64,000 nt of DNA from Armatimonadota bacterium (GCA_963677485.1 OY781964.1:480001-544000); one strand, 5' to 3'; positions 25,783-36,904 are shown, counted from the stretch's first letter. Numbers and translations: made by a program. Notes: generated by a model not told the origin, from the letters alone.

Positions 25783-27240
25783 ATGGGAATCAACAGTCCG
25801 ATTGTTCCAAACGAAAACGGCGGTCGATTCGTGGTCTACGCCAGCACGTATGCTCACCTCGATAGCAGCGTCATCGATGGCGGGGGCACAGATGATACCG
25901 AGGCGATCCAGGCGATTCTGGACATGGCACGTGTGTGGGGCGGCCTGCATCTGGTCATGGACGGAGCGGCTCTGGTGCAGGGTATCGAGGTCCACTCCAA
26001 CACCACCATCGAGTGCGAGAACAAAGACTGCGGCTTCTTCCTGGCGTCTGGTGCCAACCGCTCGATCATCCAGAACGCGCATCTCGATTTCAAGACGCGG
26101 CAGGACAAAAACATCACGCTTCTGGGCGGCACCTACAACCACAACGCGGCCGGGCAGGTTCACCATCTGACCATCGAAGCCGATTCTGGCGGTGCGTTCG
26201 CACGCGAGAAGTGGGTGCTGGCGATGGAGTTTTACGGAGTGGAGTACCTCACCATGCGTGATGTGACCATCCGCAACCAGCGCACCTTCGCCATGCTGGT
26301 GGCCAACTGGTACCGGGTCACGATGGAGAACATCACCATCGAGTTGCCGGACAACATGTATGCGCAGAACCAGGACGGCATCCACTTCTGGGGCCCGGGG
26401 CAGTTCCTGAGCATCAAGAACATCATGGGCGGGGCGGGTGACGACTTCATCGCACTGGCACCCGATGAGAATGACTGCGTCTCAGACATCACCGATGTGC
26501 TGATCGACGGCGTGTTTCTGAATGATGTGGATCAGGGCATCCGGATGCTCTCCAGAGGCAGCGGTCGGCTGGACCGGGTGACGGTTCGAAATGTCACGGG
26601 CACATATAAGAGCTTTGGGTTCTTCATCTGCCCCTGGTTCCCTGGCAACGGCGGCAACTACGGTCAGATCACCATCGAGAATGTCGATATGAGACAGGCC
26701 AATCACAAATACGAGTATACCAACCCGTTCCTGTTCCGAATCGGGGGCAACATCGAGTCCATCACGCTGCGCAACATCAGCCACCACAACCCCGCCACGC
26801 CACTGAGTCTGGTGGAGGTCGGCCTCCCCTTCTACACGCCGCTTGACGAGGCGAGTGTGGCCGCGTCGCACATCAGCAGCCTGGTGATTGACGGCCTTCA
26901 GATATATGAAAAAGAGGGCTGCGCTGCGGATTCGGAGTACATCAAGTTGTTGGGCAGGGTGGACAGCATCGTGCTGCGCGACACCATAGTCAATAGGAGT
27001 CATGGCGCACGATCCAACGGCAGTCTCATCGCCACCTCCGAACACGCCGATATCGGCAGCCTGCATATCAGCGGAGTGAGCATGACTGGACTGAACACGC
27101 TGTTGAATCACGCCGACGGTAAGATCGGCACGCTCTGCCTGCACAATGTGCTGGCGGTCGGGGCGGATGCGCCGCTGATGACAGGCGAGGGTGAGATCGG
27201 CGAACTATACACCGACGGAATCCATGGCGCAGAACTATAA
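25783..27240 (+). CDS. Right-handed beta-helix (pectin lyase-fold, GH28-related) protein
   Basis: 'TDDTEAIQAILD' and 'NQDGIH...GDDFIAL', similar to the GH28 NTD/DD motifs; no signal peptide; AGGAG RBS. Confidence 0.65.
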   Translation: MGINSPIVPNENGGRFVVYASTYAHLDSSVIDGGGTDDTEAIQAILDMARVWGGLHLVMDGAALVQGIEVHSNTTIECENKDCGFFLASGANRSIIQNAHLDFKTRQDKNITLLGGTYNHNAAGQVHHLTIEADSGGAFAREKWVLAMEFYGVEYLTMRDVTIRNQRTFAMLVANWYRVTMENITIELPDNMYAQNQDGIHFWGPGQFLSIKNIMGGAGDDFIALAPDENDCVSDITDVLIDGVFLNDVDQGIRMLSRGSGRLDRVTVRNVTGTYKSFGFFICPWFPGNGGNYGQITIENVDMRQANHKYEYTNPFLFRIGGNIESITLRNISHHNPATPLSLVEVGLPFYTPLDEASVAASHISSLVIDGLQIYEKEGCAADSEYIKLLGRVDSIVLRDTIVNRSHGARSNGSLIATSEHADIGSLHISGVSMTGLNTLLNHADGKIGTLCLHNVLAVGADAPLMTGEGEIGELYTDGIHGAEL

Positions 27241-27253
27241 ATGGGGAGGAGGT

Positions 27254-27328
27254 GTAGGGGCGACCGGCCGGTCGCCCCTACGGCAGAATGAACAACGATT
27301 AGGGCGCCCACAAGGGGTGCCCCTACGA
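27254..27328. repeat. GTAG-type REP palindromes (two)
   Basis: Perfect 28-bp palindrome GTAGGGGCGACCGG|CCGGTCGCCCCTAC (27254-27281), plus AGGGCGCCCACAAGGGGTGCCCCTACGA (27301-27328), which is nearly identical to 54641-54668. Confidence 0.8.
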
Positions 27329-29674
27329 CTTCACCAGCGTGAAGGCTCCAAAGCGCGAGGGCTCATAGTGGCGTGATGACAGCACCGGTGACCACACGGC
27401 CCTGATGGTGGTCGAGTTGGGATCGGTGTTGTTCTGGCATCTGAAGAAGTTCACGGACAGGCTCTTGCCCTGCAGATTCGTCAGACCCATAGAACTAAAC
27501 GGAATCGACGCTTCCAGTGTCCATCTCTTATCGCCGATCACCACTTTGATGCTGCCGCCGCTGTCCCACTTGGTGGGGTTGCTGACCCCAGGCTGGAAAT
27601 GGGCATCCCAGATGGTGCCTACCGGGTTGACGATGAACTGGTAATAGTCGCCAGCGGTCTTGACCTCAGATTCAATGAATATCTCCATGCATTCGTCGTC
27701 CCAGATCTCGCCCTCATCCTTGACCTTCTGCCGCACGATCATGCTGGATGTGAGGGGCTCCTCGTTGACAAAGGCCAGATACAGGTTCTTTTCATCCCAC
27801 ATCGCATATCCGCTGCTCTTGTAAGGGATCTTGCCGCCCATGATGTCTGAGAACTCGAATTTCGCCGCGCGCTGCCAACATGGTTCGTCAATGCTGCCAT
27901 CGATGACGGGTGCCACGGATGTGTAAGGGATGGACAGCTTCGGCTTGGCTAGATTAGCCATCCGGTTTGCGGCCGGCTCGAACTGGGATTTCAGGTTTTC
28001 GATCCGCTGCCTCTCGGCTGAGCTGGGCTTCGTCAGTGTGATCGCATCATTCAGACACGACATTAACGCTTTGATGCGCTCCGGCGTGTAGAGCCGGCTG
28101 ATGCTTTCCGGGCTGGCCAACGGCTGAGGTTCCCTGAAGGATTGGTGGCTGTCGCACCAAATCTGTTCCGCAGTCCGCCAGAAGGATCGCATCGGCTTGG
28201 CAGCGGCACCGTAGAACCGCTGGCAGTAGTCGTCCATCAGCTTCTGAGGGTTCAGCTTCGTGTCCCAATAAAGCTTGCCGGTGATATACAAGTTGGGTGT
28301 GGTCATCTCCGTCCGGTGGATACGCGCTGGCTCACCCAGGTCGCCCAGCCAGCTCTCGGCTTCGACAAACTCGCCCCGGCTGACCCCCTTCAAGCGCTTG
28401 AGGTCCTCGGCCATCAGACTGGGGAAGAACACCGGAACCCCTCTGAGCGAAAGGTCATACCCCGCCGCATACAGGTAATACTCCCAGATGTAGATGGTCT
28501 TCGCATGTTTCTGCCAATCTTGAATGAACAGGTTTGTATCGCGCTTCGTCTTCTCGTGCCAGTAAAGATAGCGGCTCTTGCAGATCATGACGGCCACATT
28601 TGGGTTCAGCTTCGCGATGCTTTTCGGCGGTTTCAGATAGTGTTCATACGCACAGCAGCCGACCATCTTGCCAGGGTGGGTTTTCTGCAACTCGGTGGCG
28701 ACATTGGTCACGAAATTCCACAGATAGTCGGAGAACATGCCCTCCGGGCCCATCGATTTATCCACTTTGGGCTGGCATCGGGGGCACTCGCAGATTTTCT
28801 CCCAGCCATCATTCGGCATCACTGGGAAGACATATGCCCCAGGGTTTTCGTCGAAATACTTGCGGGCTTCGGTCACAAACGCGGTCAGCGTGCCCGGTTC
28901 GGAAAGGCACAGGCTGCCCTGCCCCACGCAGGTCTTGTTGAGGTCCCGTTCGCCATCGATGATTGCGAAATACTCAGGATGCGTTTCGAAGTATTTGTGA
29001 AGCAGCAGGAACGAATGGATGATGGGCACGGCATAGGTGGCACCGAAACCCGCCCTGCGATACCAGAGCGCTTCGTCGACACCGGCTTCCAGGAAGTCGT
29101 TGTAGAATATCGTGCGGTAACTGAACTCCGGTGATTTGCTGATGTTGATCTTGCCGACCGTGATGTTCTCCGCGGTCGGCACCACCTCACCCAGATCACC
29201 CGGCATGAACCAACGCACACCGCACTCATTATCAAGGAACCGGTAGACAGCAAACAGGCTGCCCGTCTCGCCGTTTTTGCTGATGCCGGTCTGTTCGTTG
29301 TAACTCCATCGCTGGGTCAGCGGATTTAGCATGCCATAGGATGGTTCGCTCTCTCGCCCAAACAACACCAGCCAGCCCTTGCCAGACACCATCTTGTAGC
29401 CATCTGAGTTGAGCCCTTTGAGAGACAGGCCGAGCTGCCGCGTGGTGGCACTTTCGCCGATGTATATCACACTGCCCGTGGCGGGCTTCTCACTGCTGAT
29501 ATCCAGTTTCGCGCCGCTGATCTTCTCGATATATTTCTGCAGCTCAGAGGCGGCGAATACCACCATCTTCGGCGCATCTTTCGCCACGACGATCACCGCC
29601 GCCGGACGCCGGTTCTTGACGATCTCCAGTCCTGCTGCACCAGATGCGGCACCGATAAACAATGAGTTTGGCAT
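27323..29674 (-). CDS. DUF4838-family putative glycoside hydrolase with C-terminal CBM9-like domain
   Basis: 'GSLFAVYRFL..CGVRWFMPG', 'HPEYFA', 'LCLSEP', 'MPNDG...CECPRC'; C-terminal 'APVIDG.IDE..W...WDEKNLYLAF...IWDDECMEIFI'. Confidence 0.75.
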   Translation of the reverse strand: MPNSLFIGAASGAAGLEIVKNRRPAAVIVVAKDAPKMVVFAASELQKYIEKISGAKLDISSEKPATGSVIYIGESATTRQLGLSLKGLNSDGYKMVSGKGWLVLFGRESEPSYGMLNPLTQRWSYNEQTGISKNGETGSLFAVYRFLDNECGVRWFMPGDLGEVVPTAENITVGKINISKSPEFSYRTIFYNDFLEAGVDEALWYRRAGFGATYAVPIIHSFLLLHKYFETHPEYFAIIDGERDLNKTCVGQGSLCLSEPGTLTAFVTEARKYFDENPGAYVFPVMPNDGWEKICECPRCQPKVDKSMGPEGMFSDYLWNFVTNVATELQKTHPGKMVGCCAYEHYLKPPKSIAKLNPNVAVMICKSRYLYWHEKTKRDTNLFIQDWQKHAKTIYIWEYYLYAAGYDLSLRGVPVFFPSLMAEDLKRLKGVSRGEFVEAESWLGDLGEPARIHRTEMTTPNLYITGKLYWDTKLNPQKLMDDYCQRFYGAAAKPMRSFWRTAEQIWCDSHQSFREPQPLASPESISRLYTPERIKALMSCLNDAITLTKPSSAERQRIENLKSQFEPAANRMANLAKPKLSIPYTSVAPVIDGSIDEPCWQRAAKFEFSDIMGGKIPYKSSGYAMWDEKNLYLAFVNEEPLTSSMIVRQKVKDEGEIWDDECMEIFIESEVKTAGDYYQFIVNPVGTIWDAHFQPGVSNPTKWDSGGSIKVVIGDKRWTLEASIPFSSMGLTNLQGKSLSVNFFRCQNNTDPNSTTIRAVWSPVLSSRHYEPSRFGAFTLVKS

Positions 29675-29834
29675 GGGGGCTACTCCTTAACATTTAGTGG
29701 GCGGCTGCCGTCTATGGGCATTCGCGGACGCACTATGTAACAGCATACGCCAGCACCTCGACGGAGGCAAGACCGGGGGCATAAACCTCGATATGTTTAA
29801 ACCGGGCATTGATCTACCACAAATCAGTGCTAAC

Positions 29835-29864
29835 AAAAAACAGGAAGAGCGTGTGCTCTTCCTG
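29835..29864 (-). terminator. Rho-independent terminator of the 29900-31015 gene
   Basis: 10-bp stem CAGGAAGAGC/GCTCTTCCTG, 4-nt loop, T6 tract on the minus strand. Confidence 0.75.
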
Positions 29865-29899
29865 CGTCTGACCATATCACGGTTTACGGTTTATACACC

Positions 29900-31015
29900 C
29901 TATTTCCGCAGGCTGTATTTCACCATATCAATGCGGTCCTTGTAGTAAGCCAGATGGTAGATATTACCGGCCGGGTCTACGGCTACCGGACTTTTCGCAG
30001 GACAAGGCAGTCCTCGGACTTTAAGTTTGGTAACGAACTTTCCGTTTACATCGAACTTATAGATGGTCACATCATTCTCAATGTTGAAGCCGCGGTCAAG
30101 CCTTATCCACTGACCCTTTGGTCGGGCATGGAGAGCAATGAGATAGATATTACCCGAGCTGTCCACCGCCTTGGTAGACATATCCCATATGTTTGTAGCA
30201 AACTCGTTTTCGCTTTTGCTGATGCTTTTTGGAGTGATCAGTTTCATGGTGCGTACTACATCACCCTTGCTGTTATACATCCGTAATCCGCTGAATTGTT
30301 TAGTGGTTGCATTGCGTACTGATACATATGTGCAGCCGTTCCATCCGGCAAAGCCACCCCGTCCTGGCGAAAACCGTAGGAAATGCAGCTTTGAGTCAAA
30401 CTTCGCCACGGCCGAGATATTCGTTTTGTCTGGAAACACAGAGATGTAGAAGTTACCGGATGTATCGGCTCGCATTGATTTCCAACTATCTAGTGAAGTT
30501 GGCAGTTTCACCTTCTTGGTTATCTGTGAATAGAGTGTGTTCCAACCCTGTTTATCAAATTTACCATCGGCGGAATAGACCCAGACGGGTTGTTTAGGGT
30601 CGTTAACCGCTAACAGCAGTTTTCCTTTAGGTACGGCTGCGATATCAGTGATCTCTCGATTTCCAATCGCAACTCGTGCCTGTTCTTTGGCTTTATGAGA
30701 TGCTTGATGGGACATGATCGCCCTCTGAAGTGTGCCATAGCGGTTCAACACGATGACTCGCGCATCACCATATTTACCGATGATGATTTGGTCTTCCGAA
30801 GGTACCAACAACTTACTTATAGAGGATTGCCACAGCCAATCACCTTCATGTTCATTATTGACACCTTTTGGTAGTTGCATCACCCCATTACCATACTTCA
30901 TGCTGAACAGCACCTTAGGTTTGTACACCTCCCCGGCAGATACCGAAGAACCAAGCACGGCGAAGGTGATTACGGACAGAAGCAGATTACCGAATAACGT
31001 CGAACGAGACGGCAT
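29900..31015 (-). CDS. Secreted NHL/beta-propeller-like hypothetical protein
   Basis: Start at MPSRST (AAAGGAGG RBS); signal peptide; repeated 'AVD..GNIY' and 'KFD..GKF' motifs. Confidence 0.6.
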   Translation of the reverse strand: MPSRSTLFGNLLLSVITFAVLGSSVSAGEVYKPKVLFSMKYGNGVMQLPKGVNNEHEGDWLWQSSISKLLVPSEDQIIIGKYGDARVIVLNRYGTLQRAIMSHQASHKAKEQARVAIGNREITDIAAVPKGKLLLAVNDPKQPVWVYSADGKFDKQGWNTLYSQITKKVKLPTSLDSWKSMRADTSGNFYISVFPDKTNISAVAKFDSKLHFLRFSPGRGGFAGWNGCTYVSVRNATTKQFSGLRMYNSKGDVVRTMKLITPKSISKSENEFATNIWDMSTKAVDSSGNIYLIALHARPKGQWIRLDRGFNIENDVTIYKFDVNGKFVTKLKVRGLPCPAKSPVAVDPAGNIYHLAYYKDRIDMVKYSLRK

Positions 31016-31295
31016 AGAATGGCCTCCTTTGACCGGGTGACAGGGAATCACTCCGTTTACATTGGTATTATTATACCCATTTGCCAGCTTTGAAATGATA
31101 GGCTTCCACAGATCGCAACCGCTTATAACGAAAACTGGTAAATCTACCTGTTTTGAGAGCCAGCCGATGTTGAGAAATTGATGCGATGTGGTTGGGGATG
31201 CAGGAAAATCGCCAATAAAACCTCCTCCTGCACTATAATATAGACGGCAGGCCAAGGATGAATATGTGGAGAGGTTACATGACTGGTAAGCCGGA

Positions 31296-31622
31296 ATGAT
31301 TGACATCGCCCCTCAGCACCTTCAGATCATCACCGAGATACTGCGTGAGCACGTTCCCGAATGTGAGGTGCGCGCTTTTGGCTCGCGGGTACAAAACAAG
31401 GCCAAGAGCTACTCCGATCTTGACATCGCGGTCGTTGGCCGCGAACGTATCAACCGGTCGCGGTTTTACCGCCTCAAGGAAGCATTCGAAGATTCGGTGC
31501 TACCCTTCCGCGTGGATGTGCTGGACTGGCACACCATCTCCGAAAGCTTCCGGAATGTCATTAGTAAATGCTATGCGGTGATACAAGAACCCTCACAGAA
31601 TGTGCCATCACCTGGTGCCTGA
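31296..31622 (+). CDS. Minimal nucleotidyltransferase (MNT, Pol-beta superfamily; HI0073-like antitoxin type)
   Basis: 'VRAFGSRV....K.YSDLDIAV' and 'LPFRVDVLDW' motifs; 108 aa. Confidence 0.85.
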   Translation: MIDIAPQHLQIITEILREHVPECEVRAFGSRVQNKAKSYSDLDIAVVGRERINRSRFYRLKEAFEDSVLPFRVDVLDWHTISESFRNVISKCYAVIQEPSQNVPSPGA

Positions 31623-33717
31623 CCACGATGTCTGTGCGGCGGTTTGTAGTCCGTCCCAGGTTCGCTCCGTGTTGTCCATCCAGGCGGTGTAGAAGTATCC
31701 CAGGATCTGCCGGTTTTGATTGTTTTTGATCAGCTCGTCTGCCCAGAAACGGCAGTTGTTCTTGTCAAACCATGGCGACCCCGTGATATCAAACCCGAGT
31801 TTCAGCCAATAATCGACCGACTTCTGAATCTTTTCGTTCTCACCCGGATAGCTGTAGGCCCAGGCGCACATGATGATATCCTTCGGCACCATCTGAGCCG
31901 CCTTCTCCAGTTGGAATATGGGGGCGTTCGAAAACGGGTTGAGCGTATCGTCCCACATCATCATGCGGCACTTCGGGTCCGCCTCCGCCACGTAGTCATG
32001 CATCCGCTTGATATCATCGGCGTAAATCTCGGCATTGCTCAGTTTACGCTCGGTGCAACGGCTGTCACGATTGATCGCCTGCGGTTCGTCATGGCCGATG
32101 TGAAGGTAGTTCGGCTTCATGCAGTTGATGACATTGCGTATGGAGCGGCGCATGATCTCACGGTAGAGCGGCTCCGATGGGCAGCATGTCTGGGCCCCTT
32201 CATACGATGAGTTGAAACTGAGCGTCAACCGCTCCCCATCCCTGATTCCGCTGTTTCGCGGGATGGTCAGTTGAATGGACGGAATCCCCTTTTTGGCGCG
32301 CCGAATCTGGAGGTTGTAGTCTTTACCCTCGGCGTATTTGGTGCCGTCGGATGGGTCTGTGACGACTATCCGAGCGGATTTCGTGATGACTGCATTGGCC
32401 ACTATGGCATCATCATGCTTGATGCCCTTCATCGACACATCGTCGAACCACGAAGCGCCTGTCGCGTCCTGGAGCCTGATAAAAATGCAGACTTTGCTAT
32501 ATCCGGCGGTGCCAATGGAACAAGACATGCGCTGCCAGTCAGTAGTGCCCTTCAGTGACGTGGTGCGGCCGAGTGGTTCTGGTGATAGTCCGCCGTTGCT
32601 GTCAACCCCATATACCTCGGCATAAGCACCGGCATACTGGTTGTTGTTCGTGCGCACGTCTTTGGTTTTGATCATACAGCTGAGCTCGTAGCGGCAGCGT
32701 GCCTGACACGGCATGATCTGCCATGAACGGAGCATACCTGTATTCTGTATGGAGATACGCAGACTGGATTGCCCGGGATATTTCTCTGACTGTTCTACGG
32801 CGATGCCGTCGTTGTTGTTATCTACAGTCCAGCCAGTCGGGTTCCCATCACGGTTTTGGTCAAACCCGGCGTTGATGATCTTCAAGTCGGACACAACACC
32901 GTCCTCGGCCTGGATCATGCGCTGACGTGCCATCACCGGCATGTTGGAAACATACGACGCCTCAAGGCAGCGCGGCTCAATGCCCAGAATCGTGGTCCCG
33001 TGGCCGAAGCTCTGCAGCTCGGGGATCGGCTCAATGAAATGCCTTCGGCATTCATCGGCGATTTTCTTCCAACGAGCTTTAGGCTTTGGTTGGTCGAGTT
33101 GATACAGCTCAGTGTATTCAAACACGATGAAGTTGAGCTTCATAGATGCGAAATACTCGATCTTCTTCTCGGGGTTGTCCTCAGCAATATACGTGCCGCG
33201 CAGCTTCAACTCCGGCCAGTCAGATATCTTGACCTTCGCGATACTGCCGTCGGACCGCGTCAACTGCAGCAGCGTCATCAAGCCGTAGTAAAGACCCTGA
33301 ACGTCTTTACCCTGGATCACAACCCAGTCGTCTCCCACCATCAGACGGTAGCCCTGTTCTTGTGGCTCAGGCAACCCGGTGAAAAGTCGGTCGAGTTCCG
33401 GGCTAGGCTTGACGCCCAGCCAGAGGGTGCCGCTTGTGCCCGGCTTCTTCAAGCTCACGGATTTCGGGATGGCAGACAGCCCCTTTAGCCTCAGTTTGGC
33501 GGTTAAGCTGCTCCATTCCGGTGACCGCTCTGCTGCATCCCTGTTCCAGCACATAAGAGCGGATACTGTGGATTGGGAGCGGTGTCGAGTCAGTAGACTC
33601 GATGAGCTGTGGTGATGGCAGCAACTCATGCAGCGATGCCTGCCCGAATGATGCCAGACTAGCTAACGTGAGAACCGCCGATGCAGCAGTGATAATAGCC
33701 GATGTGAGTATTCGCAT
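31608..33717 (-). pseudogene. GH20-like hexosaminidase with inserted CBM4/9-like domain, frameshifted near 33501 (real lesion or assembly error)
   Basis: The signal peptide lies in ORF 33403-33717 and the body in 31608-33629. Motifs 'QGYRL', 'GLYYGLMTLLQL', 'ISDWP.L.LRG', 'IPELQSFGH', 'HIGHDE'. Removing one C joins ...EQLN to AKLRLKG... Confidence 0.7.
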
Positions 33718-33900
33718 GATTTGCCATCCTTATAACAATCTACATTCATACTACGACTAATAAGTGTTATAACACCACCTGACCAGCGGGCTCCTCATCC
33801 CAACGCGGCCACACGGTGTTCAGACCGTTCACGCTCACGCGGATACGCACAGCTAACATCAATATCGATAGCCTCGTGTTCCACCCTGGCAGCTCATCGA

Positions 33901-35112
33901 CTACCCAATGATCGATATCGACGAAGCACCATAGCACAGCACTCGGTTTTTTCCGCACGGAGCCAGGTGATCTTTGGCTCCGATGTTAAGGCCATTCGGG
34001 TATGAGATTGCTTTTCCCGGAATATTCAGGATACCTGTATACTCCTTTGTATCGGGACGATGGCTGAACGCAGGAGGGATCGGCACAGTATCAGAAACAG
34101 CCTTGGGGTCATTTTCGAGATGCGGTAAGATTACAGAATGGCCACCGATACCCACTGCATCTTCATTGTTCAACTGCGTATGACGGATCATGCCCAACCT
34201 ACGCCCTGACGATACGTTATAGACCATATATCGACATCCGTAATCAATCCCAGATCCCACAGACGCCTGTGCCACGATGTAATCCTTGTTGGTTTTAATC
34301 ACCACACCAGGGAAATGGATTTTGGGAAACTCAACCCAATAGTGAAACAAGCCACTTCGTAAATCGAGTTTGTACAATCCATCACTTGACACCATGATTA
34401 ACCCTGACTCTGTTTCGGACCACCATTCGCGGACATATGTATTCCATAAACGCACATGCCGGACCGCTCCATTATACGTTTCATAGACACGTACATAGCT
34501 TGAATTGGTGGTAAACAGCACAATCCAGCCTTGTGCATGCAGACAACACTCGTCTGGTTTCTTTTCTAACAGCTTTTTCCACTTCAATTTCAGGTTCTGA
34601 TAACATTCTAGAAACCCGTGCTGGTCCCAGAGTATTATGTAGCCATTTTGTGCTGTTAAGCATGACTTGTTTCCGCCGACACCGAAAGGACTACCGGCAA
34701 TGGGGCTACCGGTCTCCAGGCTTCGAATCGTAGCCTTCCCGTTGAATGTGTCGAGAAACTGCGTCTGGCTGATGATATGGATACACTCTGGCCGTTCTCC
34801 GTAGGCACTCCAAAACCCGGCACGTGTCAGGTAGTTCTCAACTACACCATTGGTCTGTGATTTTGACGAATACTTCACTTCCGTCCTATAGGCCCACAGT
34901 TCTCGGTTGTTCTTCACATCGTATTTTACAACCCAGTCATATGCATCGGTCGTATGCAGCTCATACCTGTTTTGGTAGATCAAGACGGAGTTGCTGCCAT
35001 CACCAAGAGGATACACTTTGGCGTTGAAAAACTGCCGTGCCGCACCACCATACGATTTGGTTGTGTCTGCGGCGATGCAACGTGCGGTATTCAGGCTCTC
35101 AACATTTTGCAT
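33901..35112 (-). CDS. Hypothetical protein, possible PQQ-like beta-propeller
   Basis: 403 aa ORF in AT-richer DNA; 'ELWAY', 'LKWK', 'LDL.SG' propeller-like motifs. Confidence 0.5.
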   Translation of the reverse strand: MQNVESLNTARCIAADTTKSYGGAARQFFNAKVYPLGDGSNSVLIYQNRYELHTTDAYDWVVKYDVKNNRELWAYRTEVKYSSKSQTNGVVENYLTRAGFWSAYGERPECIHIISQTQFLDTFNGKATIRSLETGSPIAGSPFGVGGNKSCLTAQNGYIILWDQHGFLECYQNLKLKWKKLLEKKPDECCLHAQGWIVLFTTNSSYVRVYETYNGAVRHVRLWNTYVREWWSETESGLIMVSSDGLYKLDLRSGLFHYWVEFPKIHFPGVVIKTNKDYIVAQASVGSGIDYGCRYMVYNVSSGRRLGMIRHTQLNNEDAVGIGGHSVILPHLENDPKAVSDTVPIPPAFSHRPDTKEYTGILNIPGKAISYPNGLNIGAKDHLAPCGKNRVLCYGASSISIIG

Positions 35113-35453
35113 GGCTTACCCCTACTTTCGTGACTGTTGGCTTCCTGTGCTAAACCCAGTATCTGTCAGATATCTCCTTCTTCATGCATGGCACTCCAGG
35201 AAAAGTTTTCTGATCACCTCTAGTATATACCATCCGTTTTCAGAATAGCATCGGTAGCACTCATGAAGCTTATTGTCACAACCTCATATCGGCCTACTGA
35301 TCAATCCACGCTAACACAGCCTTAACACTGACCACCCTCCGCTTGAATGCGGCCAGAACCTGCAAGGTATACTATACTTGTTAACAAACCATTGCTAAAT
35401 GCCAAAACAGACGGCATCCAGAAGCGACCACCGCAAGGAGATATGAACCCAAT

Positions 35454-36893
35454 TTGATAGAAACATCCATTCGTAGAACCAAGATAGTCTGCACAGTAGG
35501 CCCCAGTTGCGAGGACGAGGCGACCTTAAGGCAGCTCATGCTGGCCGGTATGAACGTGGCCCGGCTGAACTTCAGCCACGGCACCCACGCCGACAAACTG
35601 CAGCACATCACCAGCGTGCGCCGCATCAGCGAAGAGCTGGACAGGCCAATCGCCATACTCCAGGACCTATGCGGCCCAAAGATCAGGCTCGGTGAGATCG
35701 CCAACCCAGTGGAGCTTCGTCCTGGTCAGGCTGTTTCCTTTTCTATCAACCCAGATGACCGAGACGGCACCATCCCCTTCCCGAATGTGCCCGCATTCAA
35801 GGCGATCTGGAAGGGGCACCGCATCCTGATCGACGATGGCAAGGTAGAGCTTGTGGCCACCAAATGCGATGTCGACCTCATGACCGCGGAAGTGGTGGTG
35901 GGCGGGCCGATTTCTTCACGGAAGGGCGTCAACCTCCCTGACACACGTCTGCCTGTCTCCTCGGTCACCCCGAAAGACCTTGATGACCTGCGTTTCGGCA
36001 TCGAAAACGGCGTCGACTGGGTGGCGGTCAGCTTCATCCGCTCTGCGGCCGACCTGAGTCCGGTCATCCAACTGCTCCGACACCACAACTCGCGGGTGAA
36101 GCTGATCGGCAAGATCGAAAAGCGCGAAGCGGTGCAGAACCTTGATGAGATCATGGACGTGGTGGATGGCATCATGATCGCGCGCGGCGACTTGGGCGTT
36201 GAGATCCCCATTGACGAAGTGCCGGTGGTTCAGAAACACATCATCCTTGAGGCGAATAAACGCGGCAAGCTGGTGATCACCGCCACACAGATGCTGGAGT
36301 CTATGATGAATGCGCCGCGCCCCACCCGCGCTGAAGCCAGCGATGTGGCCAACAGCATTCTGGACGGCACCGATGCGGTGATGCTGTCTGGGGAGACGGC
36401 GGCCGGGCACTACCCCGTGCAGACCGTCGATATCATGAGTAAAATCTGTGCTCGGATGGAGCAGTCCGTGGTCGGCGTAGTGCGCGAGCACAACCTGGCC
36501 AACATGGGTGCGCAATCCACAACCGAAGCGGTGGCCGAGGCCATCTGGCATGTCAGCCACGGGATTGGTGCCCGCGCCATCGCCTGCGCCACCCAATCCG
36601 GCGGCACTGCGCGGCTGGTCAGCAAGAACCGCCCGCACGCGCCGATCATCGCCTTGACACCCGACGAGGTGACCTACCGGCAGTTGGCTCTCGCCTGGGG
36701 CGTCCGGCCGTTACTCTGCCGTGATGTCAAGACAATGGAAGAGATGCTGTTAATGGTAACGGAGACGATGAGCGATTCCGGCTTTGTGAAGGCTGGCGAC
36801 ACCATCGTGATCACCGCCGGCATCCCGGTTGGCGTGCCCGGCCGCACCAATTTCATCAAGGTGCATACCATGGGCGACACCATCACTGCGTAG
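35454..36893 (+). CDS. pyk: Pyruvate kinase
   Basis: 'RRTKIVCTVGP', 'ARLNFSHG', 'MIARGDLGVE', 'ATQMLESM', 'DAVMLSGETA'. Confidence 0.98.
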   Translation: MIETSIRRTKIVCTVGPSCEDEATLRQLMLAGMNVARLNFSHGTHADKLQHITSVRRISEELDRPIAILQDLCGPKIRLGEIANPVELRPGQAVSFSINPDDRDGTIPFPNVPAFKAIWKGHRILIDDGKVELVATKCDVDLMTAEVVVGGPISSRKGVNLPDTRLPVSSVTPKDLDDLRFGIENGVDWVAVSFIRSAADLSPVIQLLRHHNSRVKLIGKIEKREAVQNLDEIMDVVDGIMIARGDLGVEIPIDEVPVVQKHIILEANKRGKLVITATQMLESMMNAPRPTRAEASDVANSILDGTDAVMLSGETAAGHYPVQTVDIMSKICARMEQSVVGVVREHNLANMGAQSTTEAVAEAIWHVSHGIGARAIACATQSGGTARLVSKNRPHAPIIALTPDEVTYRQLALAWGVRPLLCRDVKTMEEMLLMVTETMSDSGFVKAGDTIVITAGIPVGVPGRTNFIKVHTMGDTITA

Positions 36894-36904
36894 GGTTTCA
36901 TCAA

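Noticed and set aside
29675-29834. Riboswitch or leader RNA upstream of the DUF4838 gene
   Set aside because: No recognisable aptamer consensus. The only clear structure is the upstream gene's terminator.
31016-31306. N-terminal 97 aa of the 468 aa ORF call
   Set aside because: A strong AAAGGAGG RBS and signal peptide point to a start at 31015. The extension spans the divergent promoter region.
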